Origin: Pristiophorus japonicus
Taxonomy: Eukaryota
Reading direction: 5' to 3'
Assembly: GCF_044704955.1 (NCBI RefSeq)
Contig: NC_091979.1
Span: 110,174,001 to 110,238,000, forward strand
Length of the DNA stretch: 64,000 nucleotides
The notes under the pieces are model-generated. The model saw only the letters and a list, made by a program, of their open reading frames with translations. It was not told the origin of the DNA and did not search any database. Position numbers and translations under genes: made by a program. Below are positions 1 through 12,309 of this stretch, in pieces; within the stretch, counting starts at the first letter, position 1, and each line of letters begins with the position of its first letter.

Positions 1-986
1 TTCAACGGCCTACACATCCTTTTCTGGCCTGAAAAATGGGCGACTGGCAGAGGAAAGTTTGGTGGGGACTTCGTGCACCCATTCGCCCACCTGAATCAAT
101 GTTGAGGCAGGGCCTTTAATGGGTTGCCCGGCACTTCCGCCCAAAACAGGCAGGTGGCTAGGACCCCAAGTGGAATTTTCATGACTAAATGGGCAGAGCA
201 TGCAAGGCACATGCCAGTCCCATTTTGTTCAGGCATTGAAAGGCCTAACCAGCGGTCCTTAAAGGGATTGTTTGAGGCCTTCTCCAAAAAGGTACGTTTT
301 TGTTTAATCAAAAGATTTTTTGGGGCCAGGGGGAGTGAAAGTGTTGGTTGACTTTATCTGCTCTCTCCACAGAGGTTGATGAAGTGCTGAATATTTCCAG
401 TAGTTTCTGTTTTTGCTTCAAATTACCAGCATCTGCAGTTTATTTTTTTTTGTTTGTGGAACTTCAATCTGTCATCGCTATCCCTAGTGCCACGTTGCTT
501 TTACACCAGCAAGTATACAAAAAGCAGTTGAAAAAAAATTCATATATAATCTTAGGTCACCACCAAATATCATAAAATGCAACAGCAACTTAATTTAGAA
601 GGTTCAACTGAATCAAATAGCATTCATTACTCTGTATAATTAAACCAAACTTAAGTTTTGTACTGTTAACTTGTGGTTAGTGAAAATCAGACTAGGGAAT
701 GACAGAATTCTTTCCATTTACAATCTTCACTTCAGTCAAGAAAATGTAATCTCTGTTGCTTAGCTGGATTTAAATTGTGCTCACCAAGCAGAGTTAGGGA
801 CAATTACCGAGTTCACTGCACTCTTCAAGTTTCTTGAATTCCCAAGAAGTGCACCGTGTACCTCAATACATTTAATAAGATATTACCTTTCAAATGTGTG
901 ACGCACGTAATTTAGCCAACTATTCAAGTCAAAGCATAAATTTAAATAATGTAGCATTATACTGGGCCAGTTTTGGTTTTACCCAC

Positions 987-1101
987 CTCATCAGTGAATC
1001 CGATGATTCTGAAACAGTGCTGTATGGCTTCAAATTGTTCTCTGTATGAGCTGTTGGTTAAGATGTCCTGCATAATCTTGCCTTTTTCATTATCAATATA
1101 C
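987..1101 (-). CDS. MYO3B: MYO3B coding exon (motor domain; (R)[38 protein letters not shown])
   Basis: Acceptor tttaagtag|G at 1102/1101 and donor GAG|gtgggt at 987/986. 115 bp. Completes the AG|G split codon from exon 7131-7229. Peptide matches the class III myosin motif [16 protein letters not shown]. Confidence 0.95.
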
Positions 1102-1869
1102 CTACTTAAACACAGAAGAACCATGCTAGCATAGGACCTTAATTTTGAAAATATCCAAACCTTAGAATGCAACTAAAAATTCAGAGCAAAGCAAGTAATT
1201 AGATAGTCCTCTTTTATACCAATGATTATTACACAGCTAATTTAAATGAGTATGCCTGACTTTCATCGACCACATCGAGTGAATGCAATGGGTGCCAGGA
1301 TGACAGCTGTGCAATCAATGCAGAAGGAGCACAGAATTGGGAGAGCATGTCCATGCACTATATTCCCACTGGACTGCAATTCAATAGTGCTCTGCATTCT
1401 TAGCTGAAATACTCACATTCATTTTGTGCCTTACTTCATTAATGCCTGAAATTTGATGGAAAATTTTAAATGAACATTGGTACAATTCTGTGGTACTTGC
1501 ATCTGGTTTGGTCTTTTTGCCTTTGAACTGGGAGCAAGGGAAACTCCATTGGTGAAGGAGCTCGTAAACTACCACAGGGTTTGTATTTTTGTTTCTGCAA
1601 TATTTAAAGTACATTTTTTTTTAAAACACACTTGATTTTATTAGAGATGTTTCCATATTTGCAAAAATTTTATTTGCATCTATTTTATCAAAAAATTGGT
1701 GGTGGGGGTGAGTTTACTCTTTATGGTAAGTGTGAATTTAAAGTGCCTCAAAAACAGTATTTCACGACTGAAGTAGTACAAAATGAAAGAAGGCATGCCA
1801 GGGAGATCAGTGGGCACCAGAGCATATCGGCAGATCTTGACACACCGAGCTGACAATAATAGAGGGCAA

Positions 1870-2450
1870 TAGCCCCAGAATGCTCCAGGTCAACAGGGCA
1901 GTGCTTTGCCATCTGCAGCAAGAACATCTGCAAACAACATGATGCATAGGGACAGAATGGTCTGTGATTGGCAAGGTTACCATTGCCCTCAACTTTACCT
2001 CATTCATTGCTAGCACAGCAATATCAACGAATCTGCTGTTCACACATGAATCAGCATGGCTGGTGCTTTCATTTCCATTCCCATTGAATAACATAATATC
2101 ACTGCCTAATGTCACCACACTGATGCATTTTACAAAGTACAGGGGGCCATGTACCCAAACAGAAGACCATCCTGAGTGTCAGTAAGTCACCAAGTTTGTG
2201 TTTCAATGTTTTGATGTGTGAAGCACATGAAAGATTTGAGTGTGTCAAGGCTTTCAACTGCATATTGCATTTTGTTTGTGTCCTCTGCTGAGGTATGGGA
2301 ATGCATGAGGCACAAGGATAGAGCTGTAAGGTTACAAGAAGCCATAATTGTGGAACAGTGTGACAAGCAATATTTTGTAGTATGGAATTTTAGGACAACA
2401 TGGTACGAATGGTGTATCTCATCTTGACAGAGTCCTTAATTACTTTAAAC
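1870..2450 (+). mobile_element. Degenerate Harbinger (PIF) transposase remnant
   Basis: GKVTIALNF and a downstream SFP resemble the N-terminal VKVT.ALNF...FISFP region of Harbinger/HARBI1-like transposases. Heavily mutated, boundaries approximate. Confidence 0.45.
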
Positions 2451-2786
2451 TGTGTTAGGGAGTCTATATTAAGTGAGATTGTAATCAGGTTCCATCTTGT
2501 ACTGAGGGCTCCACTTTGTGATTAAACAACAGTGTCTGCAGAAAATTACTGAAGCAGGCAATATCTGGAACATGTCCGAATCAGCTCACAGCCTCAAGGC
2601 CCCTGCATGGTTGATACAAGCTGGAGTTATAAAAGATAGTTGTGTAGCGCTGACCTTCTGGTAGATAAATATATCTATCTTACAACCAAATAAGGTGTTG
2701 CAGTTTATGTTTATGTCTTAAGTCCATCACTGACATAGATGAGTTATGGCCATGGATCTCTCACCCACCCATACCAGAAATACAGT

Positions 2787-3419
2787 GGTCTACAAATTGG
2801 AAAAATCCAATCTGCCGGAACCCAATATTTGGGCTAAGGCCACATTTAAGTGAGACCGATGAGCTGCTGACACATGCTAGGTGTCCCATGATGCTGGCCA
2901 CCAAATTGAAAAGTGGGGAAGCGATTGGGAGGGAAGGGACGATCAGAAGGGAGGAGGTAATCAGGACGAAGGCACACGATTGAGAGAAGGGGGAGGTGAT
3001 CAAGAGGGAAGGGGTTGATCGGGAGCAATGGGGGTGTTTGAGAGGGGGCCTGCACCTCCCGACTCCGCATTCAGGTAAGTATTTTTCAACAAATTTACCA
3101 TTTGATGCTCACCTCCAGCTGCCCATTTAAGGACAGCTGATTTGGCCATATGTCGACCATGTAATCCTGAATGTAACCAGCCTGGTAACAGTTGCATTCA
3201 GGACAGCCCAATTTTGGGAAAGAGGGCCTCAAACAGGCATTACATACCATTTTTGCATATGCAAGGGACCTAGCACCTAATTCATGCCTCTTTTTCCGCC
3301 TTTACCAATATGGCGGGTGCTGCAATTCTGACATGCATTATGCCCTCTCACCACATTGGAAATTTTGGCACCTGTTTTATGCCTGTAAAACGGGCACGGC
3401 GTCAACTAATTTCTAGGCC
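2787..3419. mobile_element. Harbinger-like MITE
   Basis: TIRs GGTCTACAAATT / GGCCTAGAAATT. 3-bp TSD AGT at 2784-2786 and 3420-3422. Confidence 0.7.
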
Positions 3420-4835
3420 AGTAAGTGTCTGAATGCTGAGCTAATGGAAGTTAATGTAAACCAACAGTAAAGGTTATGGAAGTTAAATGATGTAATGGTA
3501 CATCTGTTTCCATGTCTAAAAGATATTGAAGACAGCATCGAGTCTGTTCATCACTTCTTGCCAGGCATGTGTGCTGTTTCCCTCTGGAGAGGTGCCCCGG
3601 AGCTCAATGCAGCTGCGCAGAGAGTGCAAGATAATGGTATTCATGAACCAGTTTCACAGTGTCTGGCAAGGATAGCTCATTGTTCTGCTGGAGCAGGATT
3701 TGTATCTCATGCAACATTTCTATTAGCCAGTATTGCTGAATTGGCCCTTACTGCTTTGACCCTGGCAAGTCTGTATAAATGACTTTTAAAACAATGTTGT
3801 CCAGTTGTGAAGAGTAGCCATCAAAATCTGAAAAGCTGCTAATGTTGTCGAAATATGAGACTTCTTTGGGGAGAAAATAAGGAAAGGAAATAAAGACAAA
3901 CCATGAGTGAGAAGAGAGATGCTCTCACAGATTTTAAATGCAGCAAAACATTCTGCACATATTTTATTTTATTTATTCTGTACAGCAACCAAAATGCTAC
4001 ACCTGAAATCTCCATTGAGCTTGGATTTGACAGCATTGTAGGCTCTCCCTCCCAAGCATACTTCAGATGACAGTCTGAACATAAACTTCAACAACTTCAG
4101 ACATAACAGGCCCGACTTTAACTCAGGCAGGAATTGGGCAGGCAGGGTCGGAGGCAAGCAGCAAACTCCACTGACCGTCAACAGCGTGAGGCCTAGGCAA
4201 TGTCCGTTTGCAATTTTCTGCTCCATCTGACCTAAAAAATGAAAAAAAAAACTTACCTCCGAGTCTCTTCTAGCACCGATTCCTGTTTCCCCTAGCTTCA
4301 CCTGGCAGGATTTTCCCCCACAACAGTTTCCCCCCTCAGGCCACTGGTTAAAATAACAGTCGATGATGTCATCGGAGCCCGTTCTGCATATTTAAAGAAG
4401 GATCCTGCTGATTTTGGGTGGGTGCACTTCACGCCTGCCCAGAGATCAGATTGAAAATGAAGACTGCAAGAAGGGTACGGGACATCAGCAGGCACCGAAC
4501 GCTATCTGGTTTCTGCCGGGGGGCAGGGTTAAAATTCAATCGCCCTCCCAGTGTCCCCCCCCCTATTTTGCTGTTGTATACCCCCAGTTGGTGTTGCATA
4601 AATTTAACTCTTTTGACTTCTATTTTGGAGTAATTCCTGACAACCTTTTTATTAGCACTTATTCAAATGGATTGAAAAATTCAGCAAAGACCTCAGTCCC
4701 TTAACTTTGATCTTTATCTGTTATTCCCCATCTCCTTTTTGTTTTCCTGTGCATGTTACAAACTACCCTCATCAGTCGTGTAAAAAGGTTTCTCCCCCCC
4801 ACCCCCGCCCCTATCCATGTTAACCCATCTTTTTG

Positions 4836-4990
4836 CATAAGAATATAAGAACCTGAGAAATAGGAGCAGGAGTAGGCCATTCGGCCACTCGAGCCTGCTC
4901 TGCCATTCAATGAGATCATGGTTAATCTTTGACCTCAACTCCACTTGCCTGCACTATCCCAATATCACTTGATTCCCTTAATATCCAGAT
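4836..4990 (-). mobile_element. CR1 LINE 3' tail fragment
   Basis: cataagaatataagaa...ggagcaggagtaggccattcgg is the reverse complement of the CR1 3' end seen elsewhere in the window. Confidence 0.7.
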
Positions 4991-5073
4991 GCCAATTCTT
5001 CCAGATGTCAATTAACCCAATGTGCATTTCTAGTGTTTCCTTATCACAGAGCTCATGTTCCGGGAGATTTACC

Positions 5074-6702
5074 CAGTGGCATAACTACGCTAATGCAGCC
5101 AATGCAGTGGCATTGGGGCCCTCGCCTGAAGGGGGGGGCCCACCACCTGCTTCCTCGCGAACTCGTTGGCGATGTGGCTCAGCTGGAAAACGCTCTCGTC
5201 CATCCTCTTGGTGAAAGTTTTGAACCGGTCGACACTGCTCTGCACCTCCTGCAGGTCGAGGGGGCTCTGCGGGGTGCTGAGCATCAAGAAGAAGTTGCCC
5301 CCCACCATGTCGTCATCCTCGGCTTTCCCCTTGCCCTGCTTCCAAGCCTTCTCGTCGTTGCAGGTGAGGAAGTGCTAGAAGGCGTCGCAGCGGGTCAGCA
5401 CCGGGTGGCTCCTCATGTGGTTCATCCAGAGGGTCAGCCCTTTCTTCCTTTTGGAGATGAAGTCCTCCTCGAATGACTTGCTTCTCGGGGATGTGGGGCA
5501 CCGAGATGACGGGGAACTTCTCCACCAGCCGGCCGTACAGCCAGTTGAAGTGCTTGTAGTGCTGGTTAACCGGGCACTGGGTGTGGCTGGACACCAGGCT
5601 ATATGAGATGTAGCTCTTGATGCTGTTGAACTTGGTCTGCTTTTCGATGGAGCAGACAAATGGGTAAGGGTTCTCCTGCCCCTCGGGGCCTTGCGGGCCG
5701 GCTGCCACACAGATCTTGTCGCCGTCCTTGATGAAGCCGGCCGCCTCGCCTAGGATGAATGCCTCGCCGCCCGACTTGACGAAGGTGGAGAAGCGGTTGA
5801 GGTTCCTGCTGACCGTGGCTGTGCTCTTGGAGGAGGAGGTGGCGGCCGAGGAGGACATCAAACCCCCGACATTCTGGCCGCCGGCCCCCGTGCTCACACG
5901 ATAATGGCCCGTCCCGTTGAAATCCGAGAACCACCGCCACCCCCGGACAGGGGCTTGTCTGCTACCATCGAGTTATCGTCCCAGTCATCGATGCCTGACG
6001 CTTGATGCTGCAGCCCCGTCAGGACCTGCCCCCCGAGGCCACCACTGCCTGTTCAGGCGACAGATGGGGGGCAGAAGGTGCTGGCGGCAGGGCAGAGCGG
6101 CAGGGGGATGCCACTGAGGGGGCTGAGGTGGCGGTGGGCTGTCGTAGCTGCCGGTCGGCACGTTGGCATCGTGGGAGGCGGGGGTCTCGGCTGCACCGGC
6201 ACCAACACCGGGCGTACTGCCGCCCCCGCTCCCGGCCCGCAGGATCTGCATGTACGAGGCTGGGAAGAGGCCCCTCTGGCCGCAGCTGTTGGCCTCCTCC
6301 AGCCAGCCCTCGATGTCGTGCTCGCTGTACATGGTCAGCACCTTGTCCTCCCGCACCGAGATCTCGCCCACACATTCTCGCTCTGGAAATCGTACAGAGC
6401 CCGAGCCTGGAGCGCCATCGTCCCGCCATCCACATCTGGCTCAGCTCTGCTGCCGGACCCCGCAGTGACCCCCCCCCACCCCGTAAACCCTCCCTCACAT
6501 CGGTCTTGACTCCCCCTCACACCGGCTGCCCCAGACTCCGAACTCCCTCTTCGCCACCGCCACCGTCCCCCCCGGACTCCCTCATTCGAGGAGCGGCTGC
6601 GCGGGGTCTTCCCGGGCCGGCTGCACTTTTCCCTGTCGTTCTGTGATTTTTTTTAAAAACCTATGTTTGCATTGGGGCCCACATCCTCTAATTACGCCAC
6701 TG
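5074..6702. mobile_element. Non-autonomous hAT-type DNA transposon carrying an SNX18 fragment (Pack-TIR)
   Basis: Left end is CAGTGGCATAACTA (5074-5087). Right end reverse-complements to CAGTGGCGTAATTA (6689-6702), 12/14 identical. Exact 8-bp TSD GATTTACC at 5066-5073 and 6703-6710. Subterminal GCATTGGGGCCC motif at both ends. No transposase. Confidence 0.9.
5138..6418 (-). pseudogene. SNX18: SNX18 (sorting nexin-18) 5' fragment, disabled: SH3, low-complexity region, PX and start of BAR
   Basis: ATG at 6418 gives MALQARALYDFQSENV/GEISVRED...GLFPASY (SH3). Then [20 protein letters not shown] and [40 protein letters not shown] (PX), ending at EFARKQVVG. Frameshift near 6370, frameshift near 5475, stop at 5375-5377, 3' truncated. 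Confidence 0.92.
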
Positions 6703-7130
6703 GATTTACCTGTAGTCGATTATCATCCTCGGGAGACTAATTGGGTTGGGTACTGTTCAGATAGGGCAAATTGTCCTGAGGGAACAGGCTTCATGAGCTT
6801 TACTTATTCCATATTTTTTTATTATTTTTCAGTGAAAAACTTTGCCTACACTATGACAGTCACTGCATTTCAAAGAAATCCATTATATGCCAAGAGCTTT
6901 GCGATGTCTCTGAAAGATGTGATAAACCCAAGTATTTCTTTCCATTCACACTTCTGTGCTTTTTAACCAAATGTAATGTTTCAGTCATAACCAATGCTGC
7001 ATCTGAAAGCTGCTTTAATTAAACAACACAGTATTGTGCGAGAGACTGCTAAACATAACGTTCAATGCTAGACAGATCACATTTCAAAAATCAACAACCC
7101 AATGTTCTAAAGTATTGCACAATTACTCAC

Positions 7131-7229
7131 CTTGGAGGTTTATTTTCAGCAAGTTTATATTCTGCCAGTTTCTTCTGATGATAGAGACCAGCATAGATGT
7201 AATAAAAAATGTGAAAGTTTTTCTCGCTC
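7131..7229 (-). CDS. MYO3B: MYO3B coding exon ((A)[32 protein letters not shown](R))
   Basis: Acceptor tttactttcag|G and donor CCAAG|gtgagt. 99 bp. Contains the myosin EKNFHIFY motif. Phases fit both neighbouring exons. Confidence 0.96.
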
Positions 7230-7997
7230 CTGAAAGTAAATAATATTGCTAATAGTAATAGCAGTCCATAGAGTCTGAATTGTAATAAATGCTGGAAGAA
7301 AAAAATCTAGTAGATTTTGAGAATAGTATAGAATAAATAAGAGCACCCCTTCATTGTTTTTTTATATATATATTACTGAACCAAACTAGTATTGTAATTG
7401 TAACTTTTTAAAATAATTGTCTCTTTAAACTGAGAAATCAAGGTAAAGGGGAAAGGTACAAAGTACAGGATATCACTGTGAAAACTGTAGACATTTACAG
7501 CATAGAGAGCATTTGGCCCATTGTGCCTGTCCCAATCTTTGTCAATGCATCTAAAACTAATCCCATTACACTAATCTCTTCCCACAGCTCACAGTGTCTT
7601 CCTCTGCTGCAAATTTGCTGCAGGTTCTCCTTTAAAAGATGCAATGGTCTCTGCCTCATTTTTACCTTGCCCTGGTCCAACTAATCTGGTCAAGACATTT
7701 CTTATAATCTTATAATCCTTACTCACACCTCATAACTAAATTCCCCTAGTGAATTTACACTGTTATGCTCTGAATAGCCTTAATGTCCTTTCTATAATGG
7801 TGCACCCAAAACTGCACATAGCGCTCTAATCAATGTTGTGTTCACATTTACTGATACTTCTTTGCTCTGGTTCTCCATGCCCCAATCCATTAAACATTTT
7901 ATGGCTTTATTTATTTGCACTCGCACTTTCAGGGAATTATATATTTGAACCCCCTCAGTCTGTCTGTTCATCCACATCCTTCAGCATCTTTCTACAT

Positions 7998-8537
7998 TCG
8001 GTGCAGCCCCGACCTGTGAGGAACACCAGAGGCAGGTCGGGGCCTTAAAAAAAGCATGGAGGCATGCCACTACAAGATACAGTGGTGCTGCTGCAGGAGA
8101 GTGACGGCTGTAAAGAGTGCGATTGGATTTCACGCCACACAAATCCAGGTCGCTGATTGGAGCGCGGGCAGGTACAGCAGGAGCGGCGAGGTCAGGGCGA
8201 ATGAGCAACCTGAGTTCATAGAGGCACATGATCAGGGCCCAGGAGAGGCGAGGGCCAGCTCACATTGTGATACATGTGCACACTAGGTCCGTGGAGCAGA
8301 GCTGGTCTCCAGTCATCTTGGTTAATCCTTGCCACTGGACCAAGACCTAGCTCTGTCAAGTCCGTTTGTTGGCTGGTGTGCAAAAAAATCCAAGCACAGG
8401 CATCTTCCACCCTCCAAGATGTAGTTCGGGACCTGGAATATTAGGTCCTTCATTGAAACACTTGTGAACTCATCCCTTTTTGGTGTGGAAGCAATTCATC
8501 CTCGATTCGAGGGTCTGCCTATGATGATGATGATGAT
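7998..8537 (+). mobile_element. SINE-like element with RTE-type 3' tail
   Basis: Ends in gtggaagcaa..catcctcgattcgaggg.ctgcctatgatgatgatgat, the same tail as the RTE copies ending near 29795 and 63770. Non-coding body. Confidence 0.6.
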
Positions 8538-9294
8538 AATTAAGTATACCCCCATTTCTTGTTTTTCCCCCAAAAGTATTACCTCACACTTCTCAACTTG
8601 ATAGATTTTTGTTTGGCAAGGGTATTAAGATTTACGGAAGCCAAGACGGGTAGATGGAGTTAAGATGCAGATCAGCCATGATCTACTCCTGTTCCTATAA
8701 TCCATATTAAGTTCTCTTTTCTTCCTATGTGCTCATTCTGTGAATCTATGTCCTCCCAAAGTCTTTTACTGTCTTCACTGCTTGCCTTTGTGTCATTAGT
8801 AAGTTTTGATATTATGCTTCATACCTGCATGTCCAAAATATCCACATATATTAAAAACAAACTGAACCCAGTACTGACCTTGTGTACACACTTTCAACCT
8901 TTCTCTAATTGGAACAGCTATTCATCCTAGCTCTTTGTTTTCTGTCCAGCAACCAGCTTTTTATCCAGAGTTGAAAAGAGTAAAAGACGAGGTAGATCAG
9001 GAAGTACTAATGCAAAACTTGAGCTTTGAAAGCAGAAGATTGTAGAAATAAGGAAAGACTAACGAAGGTAAGTACCACCAAAGTTTTCAGGACCTGGGAA
9101 AGAATGAGCTTGAACAGGAGACTAGACAATGATCATGATTTAAAACACAGTGGTGACATAGAAAGGCTATGTAGAATGGCAACATTTGAACATTAGAAGC
9201 AACAAAAGGGTAAAGTTCAGAACGTCAGCAGTAATAGAATGAAATTATTCTCATAGCAAGATGATTTCTTACTAACAGTAGAAACTGTTTGCAA

Positions 9295-11893
9295 CATAGA
9301 ATCACAAGAATGGTTACAGCACAGAAGGAGGTAGTTCGACCTGTCGAGCCTGTGCCGGCTCTCTGCACTTCAGCTAGTCCCACTCCCCCTCCCTTTCCCC
9401 TTAGCCCTGCATTTTTTTTTCCCTCAGGTACTTATCCAATTCCCTTTTGAAAGCCATGATTGAATTTGCAGTGCATTGCAGATCCTAGCCACTCTCGGAG
9501 TAAAATAATTTTCCCTCAGGTCGCCTTTGGTTTCTATGCCAATCACCTTAAATCTGTGTCCTCTTGTTCTCAATCTTTCTATCAATGGAAACAGTTTCTC
9601 TCTATCTAGATCCCTCATGATTTTGAACATCTCTATCAAATCTCCTCTCAACCTTCTTTGCTTTTCGGAAGAACAACCCTAGATTCTCCAGTCTATACAA
9701 ATATCCCTCATCCCTGGAATCATTCTTGTAAATCTTTTCTGCGCCCTCTCTAAGGCCATCACATCCTTCCGAAAGTGCAATGTCCAGAATTGGAGAGATT
9801 ACTCCAGTTCAGGCCGAACAAGTGCTTTATAAAGGATCATCATAACCTCCTTGCTTTTGTACTTGGCCTCTATTTATGAAGTCCAGGATCCCGTAATCTT
9901 TTTTTAACCGTTTTCTCAATCTGCCCTGCCATGTTCAACAATATGTGCACATATACCGCCAGGTCTCTCTGTTCATGCACCCCCTTTAGAATTGTACCCT
10001 TTAGTTTATATTGCCTCTCCTTATTCTTTCTATTAAAAAGTATCACTTTGCACTTTTCTGCGTTACATTTCATCTGCCATGTATCTGCCCATTCCAGCAG
10101 CCTGTCGATGTTCTCTTGAAGTCTAACACTATCCTACTCACTATACTTCCAAGTTTTGTGTCATTTGCAAATTTTGAAATTGTGCCCTGTTTACACACAA
10201 GTCTAAGGAGGCAGACTTTCTCAGCGGGCATAATGCCCAATTGCCCGCTGAGAAGGACCGCTAATGTTCGGCGAAAAAAGCTGGCGATAATTTCCATTTT
10301 GAAGGTAAAAGTAAGTAGAACTGATCGCCCAGCGAAAAAAATGGATGTTGCACACTCATTCTCGGCAGTTTCCTCGGCGGCTAAGTGCAAAGTTAGACAA
10401 ATGGGTGGTCGTTACCAGAATGGACGGTAAGTAGAAAAATTTAGTAAGTAGAAAAATTTAAAAGCAGCTTTTACAGGGCGGGTCTCTCAGCGATCTGGAC
10501 GTTGGCGGTTGAGGCCAAACCTATGCCCTGGCGGTTGTTCTCAGCGTTGTACGTGGGCGGTTTGGTCCCGGCGAGCTACTTCAGATGTGGGCAATAACAT
10601 TCAAAAACTCACGTACAAACTCTCGCCAGGTGAAAAACCAGCTGTAACGCCGAGAAAATCGCCGACAATGAAGCCAAAAGTCTGGCCCCAAGTCATTAAT
10701 ATATTTAAAGAAAAGCAGTAGCCCTAGTACCAGCTTCTGAGGAACACCACTGTGTACCTTCCTTCAGTCCGAAAAACAACCATTCACCACTATGCTCTGT
10801 TTCCTGTCACTTAGCCAATTTCGTATCCATGCTGCCACTATCCCTTTTATAACATGAGCTTCAACTTTGCTGGCAAGCCTATTATGGCACTTTATGAAAT
10901 GCCTTTTGGAAGTCCATGTAGACCACATCAGCCGCATTGTCCTCATCAACCCTCTCTGTTACCTCATCAAAAAACTCAATCAAGTTAGCGAAGCATGATT
11001 TGCCTTTAATAAATCCGTTCTGGCTTTCCTTAATTAATCCACACTTGTCCAAGTGACTGTTAATTTGGTCCTGGATTATCGTTTCGAAATGCTTCTCCAC
11101 TACTGACATGAAACTGGCTGGCCTGTAGTTGCTGGTTTATCCTTACACCCTTTTTTGAACAAAATTGTAACATTTGCAATTCTCCAGTCCTCCGGCACCA
11201 CCCCTGTATCTAAGGAGGTTATGAAGATTATGGCCAGTACCTCCGCGATTTCCATTTTTACTTCCTACAGTATGCTAGGATGCACCTCATCTGGTCCTGG
11301 TGACTTATCTACTTTAAGTGCAGCCAGCCTTTCCAGTACCTGCTCTTGTCAATTTTTATCCTAACCAGTAAGCTCAACTACCTTCTCTTTCATTATGACT
11401 TCTTCCTTGGTAAAGACAGATGCAAAATATTAATTTAGTACCTCAGCTATGCCCTCTGCCTCCATGTGTAGGTCTCCATTTTGGTCCCTAATCAGCCCCA
11501 CCCCATCTCTTACTACCCTATATGCTTATAGAAGACTTGTGGAGACCTTTTTATGTTAGCTGCCAGCCTATTCTCACAATCTCTCTTTGCATCTCATTTC
11601 TTTTTTCACTTCCCCTCTGAAATTTCTATATTCAGACTTGTTCTCACTTGTATTCTCAACCTGACATCTGTCATACTCTCCCTTTCTCTGCTTCATCTTA
11701 CTCTTTATCTCTTTCATCATCCAGGGAGCTCTGACTTTGGTTGCCTTACCTTGCTCCCTCATGGGAATGTACCTCAACTGTACCCAAACCATCTCCTCTT
11801 TAAAGGCAGCCCATTTTCTAATTACAGTTTTGCCTGACGATCGTTGATTCCAATTTACCCAAGCCCATTCTCAACCCATGGAAATTTACCTTC
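9295..11893 (-). mobile_element. CR1 LINE ORF2/3' fragments (interrupted by a MITE)
   Basis: RT peptides RGDLIEMFKIMR, ISKFANDTKL, SCFANLIEFFDEVT..VYMDFQKAF. Multiple stops. Confidence 0.88.
10208..10689. mobile_element. Harbinger-like MITE nested in CR1
   Basis: TIRs GAGGCAGACTTT / GGGGCCAGACTTT. 3-bp TSD AAG at 10205-10207 and 10690-10692. CR1 sequence resumes across it. Confidence 0.7.
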
Positions 11894-11896
11894 TTT

Positions 11897-12309
11897 AGTG
11901 TGAGCTGTGAGAAGGATGCTAAGAGGCTGCAGCGTGACTTGGACAGGTTAGGTGAGTTGGCAAATGCATGGCAGATGCAGTATAATGTAGATAAATGTGA
12001 GGTTATCCATTTTGATGGCAAAAACAGGAAGGCAGAATATTATCTGAATGGTGACAGATGAGGAAAAGGAGAGGTGCAACGAGACCTGGGTGTCATGGTA
12101 CATTAGTCATTGAAAGTTGGCATGCAGGTACAGCAGGTGGTGAAGAAGGCAAATGGCATGTTGGCCTTCATAGCGAGAGGATTTGAGTATAGGAGCAGGG
12201 AGATCTTCCTGGTAAGGCTACACCTTGAATATTGTGCACAGTTTTCGTCTCCAAATCTGAGGAAGGACATTCTTGCTATTGAGGGAGTGCAGCAAAGGTT
12301 CAACAGACT
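11897..12309 (+). mobile_element. CR1 LINE RT fragment (inverted relative to neighbours)
   Basis: KVGMQVQQVVKKANGMLAFIARGFEYRS. Inverted copy of sequence at about 12530-12925. Confidence 0.85.

Noticed and set aside
5138-6418. SNX18 as a functional nested gene or ordinary processed pseudogene
   Set aside because: It has frameshifts, a stop and most of BAR missing. It keeps the 5' end, has no poly(A), and is enclosed by TIRs with an 8-bp TSD.
6002-6646. Several overlapping long plus-strand ORFs over the GC-rich block
   Set aside because: They are stop-poor antisense frames of the SNX18 fragment with no recognisable protein.
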